A DNA stretch of 48,833 nucleotides from a virus (lineage: Duplodnaviria; Caudoviricetes). Position 1 is the stretch's first letter. Each line of letters begins with the position of its first letter. The stretch covers positions 1 to 48,833 of the IMG/VR virus record IMGVR_UViG_3300049298_000007. The stretch is one strand, 5' to 3'. A program made the translations under genes and the position numbers. The notes under the pieces were generated by a model. The model saw nothing but the letters and a program-made list of their open reading frames with translations, searched no databases and was not told the origin of the DNA. Positions 17,242 to 24,906 of the stretch are shown piece by piece.

Positions 17242-17540
17242 GGCTGGTCCTCTCGGATCTGGCGTTCCACGTCTCGCTTGGCGGCGGCGATATCACGCCC
17301 GGCCCAGCCCAGGGATTGGGCGTCACCCACGATGGTCAGGGCACGGGACAGGCCGCCCACCTCGCCGTAGCGGCGGCCACGCTCGAACGCGGCGGCTTCA
17401 CGCTTCACCAGGATGCGGGCAAGGCCCTCCTGATCCACGGCCGCCGCCTCGATGCCAGCGGCAAGCATTCTCCCCAGCTCCGCCTGATCCACGAACCGCG
17501 ACCAGGGGTACTCGGTGTGCAGTTGCTCCAGGAGATCCAT
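17238..17540 (-). CDS. Hypothetical protein
   Basis: Packed ORF. Confidence 0.55.
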   Translation of the reverse strand: MDLLEQLHTEYPWSRFVDQAELGRMLAAGIEAAAVDQEGLARILVKREAAAFERGRRYGEVGGLSRALTIVGDAQSLGWAGRDIAAAKRDVERQIREDQP

Positions 17541-17542
17541 GA

Positions 17543-18073
17543 TCAGTGCCCCGTCTCGTCTGCGGGGCGGCCGATGACCGGCGACCAGCCGTAGCCCGCG
17601 TCCACCTTCAGCCCGTGGTGGACGGTGAAGCGGCACGGGCGCTGGTTGCGGATGGCGTAGTTGATGCGCTCCCGCAGTTCGCGCAGCTCCTGGCCGCCTA
17701 CGACGGCGTAGCGGGACGGCACCGGCCGGGGGTCCGGTCGGTTGGACAGTGAGTCGTTGACGCCCTGCACGGCGGCGTCTGCGGAGATCTGGCCGTCGTC
17801 GGTCGGCTGGCCGTTCAGCGGCCCCCAGCGCTGCTCGTGGGCGTCCAGGAGGGCTTTACCGGCCCGGTCGCGGGTGCCCCAGATCCCGGCCGATTTCCAG
17901 CCCTCGCCGTGGTCGTACTCAGCCGACCACTTGGTGCGAGCACCGTTCAGGCCGCCGGACAGGCTGACGACGTGGCCCAGGCTGGCGTGCCCGGCGTAGA
18001 CGTTATACCCGGCGCTGGTTGGCTTGCCGTCCTTCTGGGTGACCCGTTTGACGTACTTCAGTTGGTTGCTCAT
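17543..18073 (-). CDS. Hypothetical protein
   Basis: SD GGGAG; first gene after the non-coding region. Confidence 0.65.
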   Translation of the reverse strand: MSNQLKYVKRVTQKDGKPTSAGYNVYAGHASLGHVVSLSGGLNGARTKWSAEYDHGEGWKSAGIWGTRDRAGKALLDAHEQRWGPLNGQPTDDGQISADAAVQGVNDSLSNRPDPRPVPSRYAVVGGQELRELRERINYAIRNQRPCRFTVHHGLKVDAGYGWSPVIGRPADETGH

Positions 18074-18104
18074 GGCCCCTACTCCCTACAGAGTGTCTTG
18101 GACT

Positions 18105-18312
18105 TGTACCCGAAACTGTACCCTACGCCAGTGCACTCCATTCCGCACTGTGCGTGTCAGGGGTGCACTGTACCGCTTGGGGGAAACCGCAGACGGCTGG
18201 CTCAGCCAGGAGCCTGCGGTTTCCCAAACCGCAAACTACGGCCGGTCGGTATCGGCCTTGACCTGCGGAGACTCTGAATCAGCCGGGCCACTTTGTACCC
18301 GTCCGTGTACCC
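18105..18312. other. Candidate attP: two pairs of TGTACCC direct repeats flanking a palindromic centre
   Basis: TGTACCC at 18105/18117 and 18294/18306, both pairs 12 bp apart. Confidence 0.45.
18181..18225 (-). terminator. Strong hairpin, probable terminator
   Basis: 12-bp stem GGGAAACCGCAG/CTGCGGTTTCCC just after the stop at 18236. Confidence 0.55.
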
Positions 18313-18505
18313 GATCGATCATTGCCTGCGGCAACTGTGGCTGCTCGGGGTCGGCGGCCCACTGCTTGCCGTCCAGGTCCCGGTGTTCCGTGGCCTGGTG
18401 ACCCTTCAGCAGAACGCAGCAGGCCCCGTACCGGGTCCGGTTCGGGTCGATCGCACCGCAGTAGGTGCCCGACTCATGGCGCGCCCGGTCCTCACCCCGC
18501 GTCAT
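18236..18505 (-). CDS. Small hypothetical protein
   Basis: C......C.L..GH...H.......W motif. Confidence 0.55.
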   Translation of the reverse strand: MTRGEDRARHESGTYCGAIDPNRTRYGACCVLLKGHQATEHRDLDGKQWAADPEQPQLPQAMIDRVHGRVQSGPADSESPQVKADTDRP

Positions 18506-18975
18506 AGCGGGATACCGCCGTCCTCGTTGCCAGCCGCAATCGAGCGCAGCCGGTTCACCTGTGCCGCCGCTTCGATGCTGGCCGCCACACGGTTGGTGGA
18601 ATGCAGCCGGGCCGGGGGCAGCGTGTGGCGTGCCCCGGTCGCGCCGGACGTGACCACCACGACACATTCCCAGCCCTCCGGACCCTGCCGGACGGACCAG
18701 TCGAACACCGGCTGCATGATGAGATCGGCAATGATCTCGATGCCCAGCAGCTCACTGCCCATCACCTCATCAATCAGCGCCGACCGGTGGAAGCAGCACA
18801 GGTGCTCGGTGTGCCACTCCTCGCGGCCCTCTATCGCGACGATCACTTCATGATCTGCCACCCTCGGGCAGCTGCCGGTCGCAAAATCGGCGTAGTGCTC
18901 GCCGTCGCCCTCCCGGCGCACGCTCGCTTCAATCACCTCTACGTGACCGCACGGGCGGCTCATTGCCTCAGGCAT
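18502..18975 (-). CDS. Hypothetical protein
   Basis: SD AGGA; coupled to next ORF. Confidence 0.55.
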   Translation of the reverse strand: MPEAMSRPCGHVEVIEASVRREGDGEHYADFATGSCPRVADHEVIVAIEGREEWHTEHLCCFHRSALIDEVMGSELLGIEIIADLIMQPVFDWSVRQGPEGWECVVVVTSGATGARHTLPPARLHSTNRVAASIEAAAQVNRLRSIAAGNEDGGIPL

Positions 18976-19001
18976 CTTTCCTGTCCTCTCTCAGGTCCTG
19001 C

Positions 19002-19160
19002 TCAGTGTCGGCGCAGATGTGCGCGCCGCTGTCGGCGGTTGATCCGGCGCATGCAGCGCGCCAGGCAATCACGGATGCTCGCCTGCAACATCGTCCCCTC
19101 AGCTGCCGCTACCTCAGCGGCAGCATCCCACGGCTCATCGACGCGGCGTACGTCATTCAT
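19002..19160 (-). CDS. Small hypothetical protein
   Basis: Overlaps stop of the HTH gene. Confidence 0.4.
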   Translation of the reverse strand: MNDVRRVDEPWDAAAEVAAAEGTMLQASIRDCLARCMRRINRRQRRAHLRRH

Positions 19161-19536
19161 CGCAACCGGCTGCCGCACGCTCACGATCAAGCGCAGCGGC
19201 CCAGCCCCCAGGGATGGCCGACCGGTGGACGGTGACGGCGGCGGCCCGCTGTGAGTCCGTGGGCACGGTCTGGCCCTTGGGCTTGCCCCACCGCTGGAAC
19301 GCGGCCGACCGGGTCACCCCGGCCGCCTTGGCGATGGCTTCCCAGGACCAGTCCCACCGCTCACGGCCGTTGTCGATGGTGGCCTGGATCACGGCGTCCA
19401 CCTCGTGTGACAGGGCCAGCAGGTCGGCCAGGTCTTCGGGGTCGGCGTCCGCGATGCGGCGGCCGTAGCCGCGCAGAATCCGCCGGGCAAATTTTCCGTA
19501 CTCTGACGGCTCGGGGATGCCTCGTGAGTGTGGCAT
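19153..19536 (-). CDS. HTH DNA-binding protein (candidate regulator)
   Basis: WSWEAIAKAAGVTRSAAFQRW HTH; SD GAGAGGA. Confidence 0.78.
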   Translation of the reverse strand: MPHSRGIPEPSEYGKFARRILRGYGRRIADADPEDLADLLALSHEVDAVIQATIDNGRERWDWSWEAIAKAAGVTRSAAFQRWGKPKGQTVPTDSQRAAAVTVHRSAIPGGWAAALDRERAAAGCDE

Positions 19537-19600
19537 TGCAGGGTCCTCTCAAAATCGATCCGCTGTACAGGCTGGCTGTACGGCTGACGGGAGTTCAGGT

Positions 19601-19626
19601 GCGGGGGTAGGTGATCCTACCCCCGC
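19601..19626. promoter_or_regulatory. Perfect 11-bp inverted repeat
   Basis: GCGGGGGTAGG-TGAT-CCTACCCCCGC. Confidence 0.5.
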
Positions 19627-19670
19627 CGGTCGTTCGGCTCTCAGGGCGGCGCTCAGCGCCGGAGAGCTGG

Positions 19671-19709
19671 GCTGGCAACCTCCCGCAGGAGGGTGGGGAG
19701 GTTGCCAGC
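19671..19709 (-). terminator. Hairpin terminator after the DUF932 gene
   Basis: 14-bp perfect stem GCTGGCAACCTCCC/GGGAGGTTGCCAGC. Confidence 0.65.
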
Positions 19710-19721
19710 GGTCAGGAGGGG

Positions 19722-20732
19722 TCAGGCAACGAGGAGGTAGTCCCAGGCGGCCTGCTTGAAGCTGGCCGACGCGCCCTCCAGCTGGCGGGTTGCCCGCAGC
19801 GTGCCGGACTCGTCCCGGCCCTTCACCGGCTGGAACCAGTCGGCGTACTCGGTGAACGCGTTGTACGCGCCCCACTTGGTGCCACGGCCGAACTCGTTCG
19901 TGTCGGCCACCGTGAACAGGTGCTCCAGCGTCGAGCGCTTCAGCTCCTGCCGCTCCTGCCATCCCTTGTGTGCGGAGTCCGACGGCGGCTCCAGCCGGTT
20001 CACCATGACCCGGAAGTCGCCCTCGGAGAACGGCTGGGCCAGGAACGCGTCAGCCTCGGTCTGGAACTCCTCCGCCCACTTCCACGACAGTTTCAGCGAC
20101 TGCCGGGCGGCGGCGATCTTGCCCTTCAGGTCACCGGTGTGCCGGACGCCCCAACGGCTGGCCGCACCCCGGAACGAGGCATCCAGCATGTTGGTGCAGC
20201 GCAGCCGCAACATCGTGGTCCAGACGTTGAACTTGCCGGAGCCGTCGAAGCTGTTGCCGCAGGCAAGATAGAAGTCGTGCGCGTCCTGCCCGCCGACCGT
20301 GACGCCCTGAGGCATTTTCATGACCGCGAACGTGCGCTGCCCGTCTCCGAAGTAGCCCACGGCCTGCCAGTTCGCGCCGCCCTCGTCCACGATCGCATCC
20401 AGGAACTCGACGGTCTCTTCGTTCTGGTGGATCTGGTACCGCTCACCGGTCACGCCCAGATCGATCGGGCCGGACGGCGTGTTGCGGATCATGCCGTAAC
20501 GGCCCCGGATCGAGACGCCCATGTCGTCGGCGTTGCGGTCGGCGGGCGTGCCGTCTTTCGGCTCGCCGGTGGTCGTGAGCTTGATGGCGCGGACGTTCCA
20601 GCCCAGCAGGCCACCGCGCTCCAGCGCCTCGTGGGCCGACATGGACTCGCCCAGCAGCCGCTCCGACTGGGAATGTGCGTCCCAGGCAAGCTCGCGGGTG
20701 GAGACGGCGGTCTGGTTCGTGTACGTAAGCAT
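19722..20732 (-). CDS. DUF932/DUF945-family protein
   Basis: LG.TG.RY...QN.E, NSFDGS, R..CTN, RHT, GT.WGAYNA.TEY.D. Confidence 0.88.
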   Translation of the reverse strand: MLTYTNQTAVSTRELAWDAHSQSERLLGESMSAHEALERGGLLGWNVRAIKLTTTGEPKDGTPADRNADDMGVSIRGRYGMIRNTPSGPIDLGVTGERYQIHQNEETVEFLDAIVDEGGANWQAVGYFGDGQRTFAVMKMPQGVTVGGQDAHDFYLACGNSFDGSGKFNVWTTMLRLRCTNMLDASFRGAASRWGVRHTGDLKGKIAAARQSLKLSWKWAEEFQTEADAFLAQPFSEGDFRVMVNRLEPPSDSAHKGWQERQELKRSTLEHLFTVADTNEFGRGTKWGAYNAFTEYADWFQPVKGRDESGTLRATRQLEGASASFKQAAWDYLLVA

Positions 20733-20815
20733 GGTTGCTGGTCCTCTCTAGGGTTCGGCCGGGCGGCCGACGGAACGCTCAGACGGGGCGGCCTGAGCGC
20801 TCGACTGTGGCCCGG

Positions 20816-21673
20816 TCAGATGGTCACAGGGTGGCGTACGAGCAGGATGGCGGACAGCGGCACGGAGGTCCAGCCGCCGGGGAACGGCGACGCTTCGAAG
20901 GTGTCCTCCGGGTATCCGGCGCGGGCCGGGCGGCGGACGCGGACAGCGCCCATCTCGATGCCGAACTCGCCGCGCCACACGATGACGGCCGACGCGTGGT
21001 TGAGCCGGGCCGGGGTCCATTCGGCGGCCCTCTCGCCGGGGGTACGGGGATCGTTCGTGAAGTCGACGGGGGTCTTGCCGTCCAGCTGCCAGCCGGTCGC
21101 CGGGACGGCGGCGAGAATCGAGCGCTCCAGGTCGTTCAGGTGCGAGCCGTCAGGGTTGCCGACCGGGTAAGAGTCGATCTGCTGTACCGGGTGCACGAGA
21201 TGGCGGCTCATGGCCGGAGCGTCGGTGGTGGGCGGCACGTAGGCGGTCGCGGTGGGGCCGTAGCCCATGCCGTCAGCGGTGGCGACGTACGCGGTCAGCG
21301 GGTCGATTTCGGTGATCTCGGTGCCCTGGCGGGTCCGCATCGCGTTGCGGCGGTTGCTGACACTGGGCACCGAGCCGTCAGCGTTGCGCTTGGGTGCCCC
21401 GCAGCGGCAGACGCCGTCGCGGTAGGCGTGGGCCCCGTTGGTGGCGTCGGGGTGGGTGCATGCCGTGACGGCCTTGACGATGGCGTCTGCGCGGGCGGTG
21501 TCCTCGCCGCCGTCGGTGAGGACACGAAGCGTGGCGACGTTCAGCCACTTCACCGCGCCACCTTTGATGGGGCGCGCCTCCACCTTCGTGCCGGTGGTGC
21601 CGGTGCCTACGACGCGGTACTGCGCGCCGGAGCGGGTCTCTACGACTGTTCCGACTGCCGGGGTGCTGGTCAT
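20816..21673 (-). CDS. Hypothetical early protein
   Basis: GAGAGGACCAGCAGCC-ATG; 285 aa. Confidence 0.65.
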   Translation of the reverse strand: MTSTPAVGTVVETRSGAQYRVVGTGTTGTKVEARPIKGGAVKWLNVATLRVLTDGGEDTARADAIVKAVTACTHPDATNGAHAYRDGVCRCGAPKRNADGSVPSVSNRRNAMRTRQGTEITEIDPLTAYVATADGMGYGPTATAYVPPTTDAPAMSRHLVHPVQQIDSYPVGNPDGSHLNDLERSILAAVPATGWQLDGKTPVDFTNDPRTPGERAAEWTPARLNHASAVIVWRGEFGIEMGAVRVRRPARAGYPEDTFEASPFPGGWTSVPLSAILLVRHPVTI

Positions 21674-21722
21674 GGCTGCTGGTCCTCTCGAAGGTGCGGA
21701 GCCACGGCGGCCCCACACCCAG

Positions 21723-21751
21723 AGAATGGGGGAGTACGCGGGGGAGCGCAA
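21723..21751 (-). promoter_or_regulatory. Putative sigma70-type early promoter
   Basis: Minus strand TTGCGC-N17-CATTCT upstream of a leader hairpin and SD of the gene at 21673. Confidence 0.35.
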
Positions 21752-21928
21752 CTTTGAATCAGCCCAGCCAGAATGATTGGCAGGATTCTGCGGAGGATTG
21801 GCAGAAAGTCATACGCTATGCGTCCGGTATCCGGCGACGCTACATAGCCGGTGTCACGTTCCTGGACGCAGCAAGGGCACCTACCGGCGGCTGATCGGTA
21901 GGTGCCCTCGTGCCCCAGGCAGCGGGTA

Positions 21929-22291
21929 TCAGGGAGTGTCCGGCCTGCCCTCGGTCCAGGTCGGCGCACCGGCCGCCACGACCTCCACGGGTTCGCCCTC
22001 GCCCAGCGCCGTCCGGCGTGCCAGCGCCGGACCAGCCACCAGCTCGCGCCCCTTGGTGATGCCGCCCTCTACCTCACGGGGCGGCTCCTCCCGGACGGCC
22101 ACGAGGGGGTTCGGTGTCACCTGAGACTTGGTGATGAAACCCCAGGTGACCATCGCACCGGAGTAGACCAGCAGCGCCCAGGCCAGAACGACCGGCGGCA
22201 GGAGCCCGGCGATCGTGGTGCTTCCCAGGATCGCGCCGACCCCGGCCAGTACACCGGTCATGATCATGACCGGCTGTGGTTTGTTGCTCAT
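21929..22291 (-). CDS. Holin-like membrane protein
   Basis: Two TM segments followed by SQVTP motif; directly after the endolysins. Confidence 0.7.
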   Translation of the reverse strand: MSNKPQPVMIMTGVLAGVGAILGSTTIAGLLPPVVLAWALLVYSGAMVTWGFITKSQVTPNPLVAVREEPPREVEGGITKGRELVAGPALARRTALGEGEPVEVVAAGAPTWTEGRPDTP

Positions 22292-22302
22292 GGCAACTCC
22301 TC

Positions 22303-22845
22303 TCATCGGGCGCAGTCTACGGGCCCGGCCGGTTGCCCGGTCAGTGTCTCCAGGGCGTGCCGGAACACCATGCAGCGGTCGTTGTCGTTCGTCCCGGCCG
22401 CGTCACGCGGGTACCCGATGGCCCGATTGATGCGGCCCATCTTGAGCGCGTCGGCGTAGGTGTTGCAGTCCGGCCGGGCCACCGTCCAGTACCAGACCGC
22501 GATACGTGCGGAGTTCTCCAAGCTGCGCGCCCATTCCGGATTCGTGACCAGATCCACGCCCAGATAGTTGCCTGCGGCCCGGTAGTTGTCCTCGCCCGTC
22601 AGCTGGATGAACCCCCGGCCCGTGTAGACACGGTCGCCCGCCTGCTTCACGTTGTACTCACACCAGGATTCGAACACCAGCGTTGTCAGGAACGCGGCGA
22701 TCCGCTGCGGTGTCTCGCACACCCCGCCCGCTTCCATTGCGTCGAGCAACGACCCCCAGCCCGCGACGACCTGAGGCAGGCCGCCGTTACGCGGCTTGCC
22801 CACGATTTTGCCGCTGCCTGATGTGGACGGGTAACCGGGGAACAT
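22303..22845 (-). CDS. GH19 lysozyme/chitinase-like endolysin domain (probably reached by -1 frameshift)
   Basis: RIAAFL....FES, YTGRGFIQLTG..NY, DLV.NPE, AVWYW. Confidence 0.88.
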   Translation of the reverse strand: MFPGYPSTSGSGKIVGKPRNGGLPQVVAGWGSLLDAMEAGGVCETPQRIAAFLTTLVFESWCEYNVKQAGDRVYTGRGFIQLTGEDNYRAAGNYLGVDLVTNPEWARSLENSARIAVWYWTVARPDCNTYADALKMGRINRAIGYPRDAAGTNDNDRCMVFRHALETLTGQPAGPVDCAR

Positions 22846-22865
22846 CCGGTACAGGTCGTCAGGCG

Positions 22866-23747
22866 TCAGGCTTTTGGGGCGATGGTCGCTTCCAGTGCCG
22901 CCGCGAGCCGGTTGATCGCGTCCGTGTTCGCCTGCATCTTGACGCCCAGCGCGTCGAGCTTGCCCGCGACAACCTCATCGGTTGCCCCGGCCACCGTCTG
23001 CACGATGTTCATGAACCCGGCGCGCATGTCGTCAAGCGCCGCGTCGCCGGTGCCCTGTTCGTCGGAGAAGAACCGACGCCAGTAGTTGGCGTTCCCCGTC
23101 TCGGTACCGGCCGCCATCGCCTGTTCGATCTGATCCAGTGTTGCCATGTCGAACCACTCCAGTGCATCATCGGGTCCGGGGTCAGGATTGCCCCCGGCAA
23201 CGATATCCGCGACCTCGGCGCGGACCATCGTCATGAACGTTGCCCACGGAAAGTATTCCCCGGGGTCCCAGTGGGACGACTGACCGAATGCCCGGGATAC
23301 GTCCCAGTGCCCGCAGATGCCCTTCTGGCCAGCGCGGACCTGAGCCACGGTCAGTTTCACTACAGGGATGTTGTAGGCAAGGCACAGCTCAGCGGTCAGC
23401 CGCGCCGTGCGCTGCATCATCTTGACGTGTGACGCTAGTTCCCAGTGCCCCTGGCCCCGGCTGCTCAGTGAACAGCACATCTCGATACCGATCGAGTGCA
23501 TGTTGGGTGGGGCGTGCCAGCACACAACCGAGTCGTACGCCGACTGGATCGTCAGGTTCGCGTCGGTGATGTAGTGCGCCGACCCTTTGGCCGCCGCGCT
23601 GCGGAAGTATTCGGCCGTGCCGGTCGAACCCTTGCCGTCGGCACCGGCTGTGCAGTGGATCACCAGCCGGGTTAGCGGCTTGTTGCCGTTGCCGGAACTC
23701 TTCGACACCGGCCCGTAGTAGGGCGGTGACGGTGGCGGGTATGCCAT
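22866..23747 (-). CDS. Endolysin, N-acetylmuramoyl-L-alanine amidase (Amidase_2)
   Basis: LVIHCT, SAHY, WHA..N..SIGIE, GH.D...S.H.DPG. Confidence 0.93.
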   Translation of the reverse strand: MAYPPPSPPYYGPVSKSSGNGNKPLTRLVIHCTAGADGKGSTGTAEYFRSAAAKGSAHYITDANLTIQSAYDSVVCWHAPPNMHSIGIEMCCSLSSRGQGHWELASHVKMMQRTARLTAELCLAYNIPVVKLTVAQVRAGQKGICGHWDVSRAFGQSSHWDPGEYFPWATFMTMVRAEVADIVAGGNPDPGPDDALEWFDMATLDQIEQAMAAGTETGNANYWRRFFSDEQGTGDAALDDMRAGFMNIVQTVAGATDEVVAGKLDALGVKMQANTDAINRLAAALEATIAPKA

Positions 23748-24104
23748 TTACTCGTCCTCCTCCAGCAGGGGTGGCGCGGGTGGGACGTGCACGCCCGGCA
23801 CCTTGTTGACCTGTGCAACGAGCTGATCATCCCACCGCATGTGGACACGTACGCGGCTGCGCATGTTCACCAGGACGCCCTCCAGGCTCGTGACGCGCCG
23901 CCGTAGCTCCACGATATCCATGCGGGCCGCCGTCAGGTCGGTGCGCTGGTCGGCCGCAAGCTGCGTGTACAGCCCGGCGGCCGTGAGCTGGTCGGTTCGC
24001 TTCTGTGATTCCTTCGCGCCCTGGCGGGTCACCCATGCGGCGATCGCCGCCGCTGCAATAGCGCCAGCGGCGGCGATGATTGCCGCGACGTTACCCGAGT
24101 CCAT
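23748..24104 (-). CDS. Membrane-anchored coiled-coil lysis-cassette protein
   Basis: N-terminal TM, coiled coil, PPAPP tail. Confidence 0.65.
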   Translation of the reverse strand: MDSGNVAAIIAAAGAIAAAAIAAWVTRQGAKESQKRTDQLTAAGLYTQLAADQRTDLTAARMDIVELRRRVTSLEGVLVNMRSRVRVHMRWDDQLVAQVNKVPGVHVPPAPPLLEEDE

Positions 24105-24555
24105 TTGTCCTCCCTGGTCTGACCGGCGGCAGCCGGTCAAGGCCAACCGCGCAACGATCCACCATCGCCAGCACAGCCAGCCAGACGAGAACACCGAGCA
24201 GAATGCCCCGGTACCGTTCCTGGTCGTGCCCGATGTTGAACACATCCATGATGCCTGCGGCAACATACGTGACGAATCGCGCAGTCGGGCCGACCATCAG
24301 CAGCGCCCAGACGTTGTGATCGTCGGTGCGCATCATCGGCGTAAGCAGCGTCCACGCCATCGCGTAGATGCCAGGCATGATCCAGAACAGGGACCGGACC
24401 CACAGCGGAATGATTGAATCAGGCAACGGAACCGTACGCGGGGCGGTCACGGTCCCCACGCCGATCAGGGCCCAGATAAGCCCGAGGATGAACAGCATCA
24501 CACCCCGGTTGCCGACGTAGTAGCTGGCCCACTTCAGAATGCGGCGTGGCATCAC
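24091..24555 (-). CDS. Four-TM membrane protein
   Basis: Four hydrophobic segments. Confidence 0.7.
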   Translation of the reverse strand: MMPRRILKWASYYVGNRGVMLFILGLIWALIGVGTVTAPRTVPLPDSIIPLWVRSLFWIMPGIYAMAWTLLTPMMRTDDHNVWALLMVGPTARFVTYVAAGIMDVFNIGHDQERYRGILLGVLVWLAVLAMVDRCAVGLDRLPPVRPGRTNGLG

Positions 24556-24558
24556 GAC

Positions 24559-24894
24559 TCACGTCCTCAGGTTGGGGACAGCTACGGCCACAGCTTCCCA
24601 CATGCCCCCGACGACGGCGCGGATCTGTGCGTCGGTCACGGCCGCCGCGTCAGCGGCACCGGAGATCGTGTTGTCGTTGGCAACCAACCGCAGGAACGGA
24701 TCGAGCCGCGCCGCCGTGTCGGCCAGCACAGCCATCGCGAGTGTCTGGCGCAGGGCACGGAGGACCGGATTAGCCGGGCCGTTCGGATCACCGGCGGCGA
24801 CCTCCAGCGCTAGTTCGGTCATGGCCGCCTGAACACGCGACTTAAACGGCGTGTCGTTGACCAGGGCAACAGATTTAGCCAAGCTACTGGACAT
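24559..24894 (-). CDS. Hypothetical (tail-associated) protein
   Basis: F..RV.AA...TDAQI...V...W motif; follows minor tail genes. Confidence 0.65.
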   Translation of the reverse strand: MSSSLAKSVALVNDTPFKSRVQAAMTELALEVAAGDPNGPANPVLRALRQTLAMAVLADTAARLDPFLRLVANDNTISGAADAAAVTDAQIRAVVGGMWEAVAVAVPNLRT

Positions 24895-24906
24895 TCTTTC
24901 CGCCTC

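Noticed and set aside
18210-18235. TTTGGGA resembling a tRNA-Pro anticodon loop
   Set aside because: No D-arm, T-loop (GTTCRA) or acceptor stem; it is only a short palindrome
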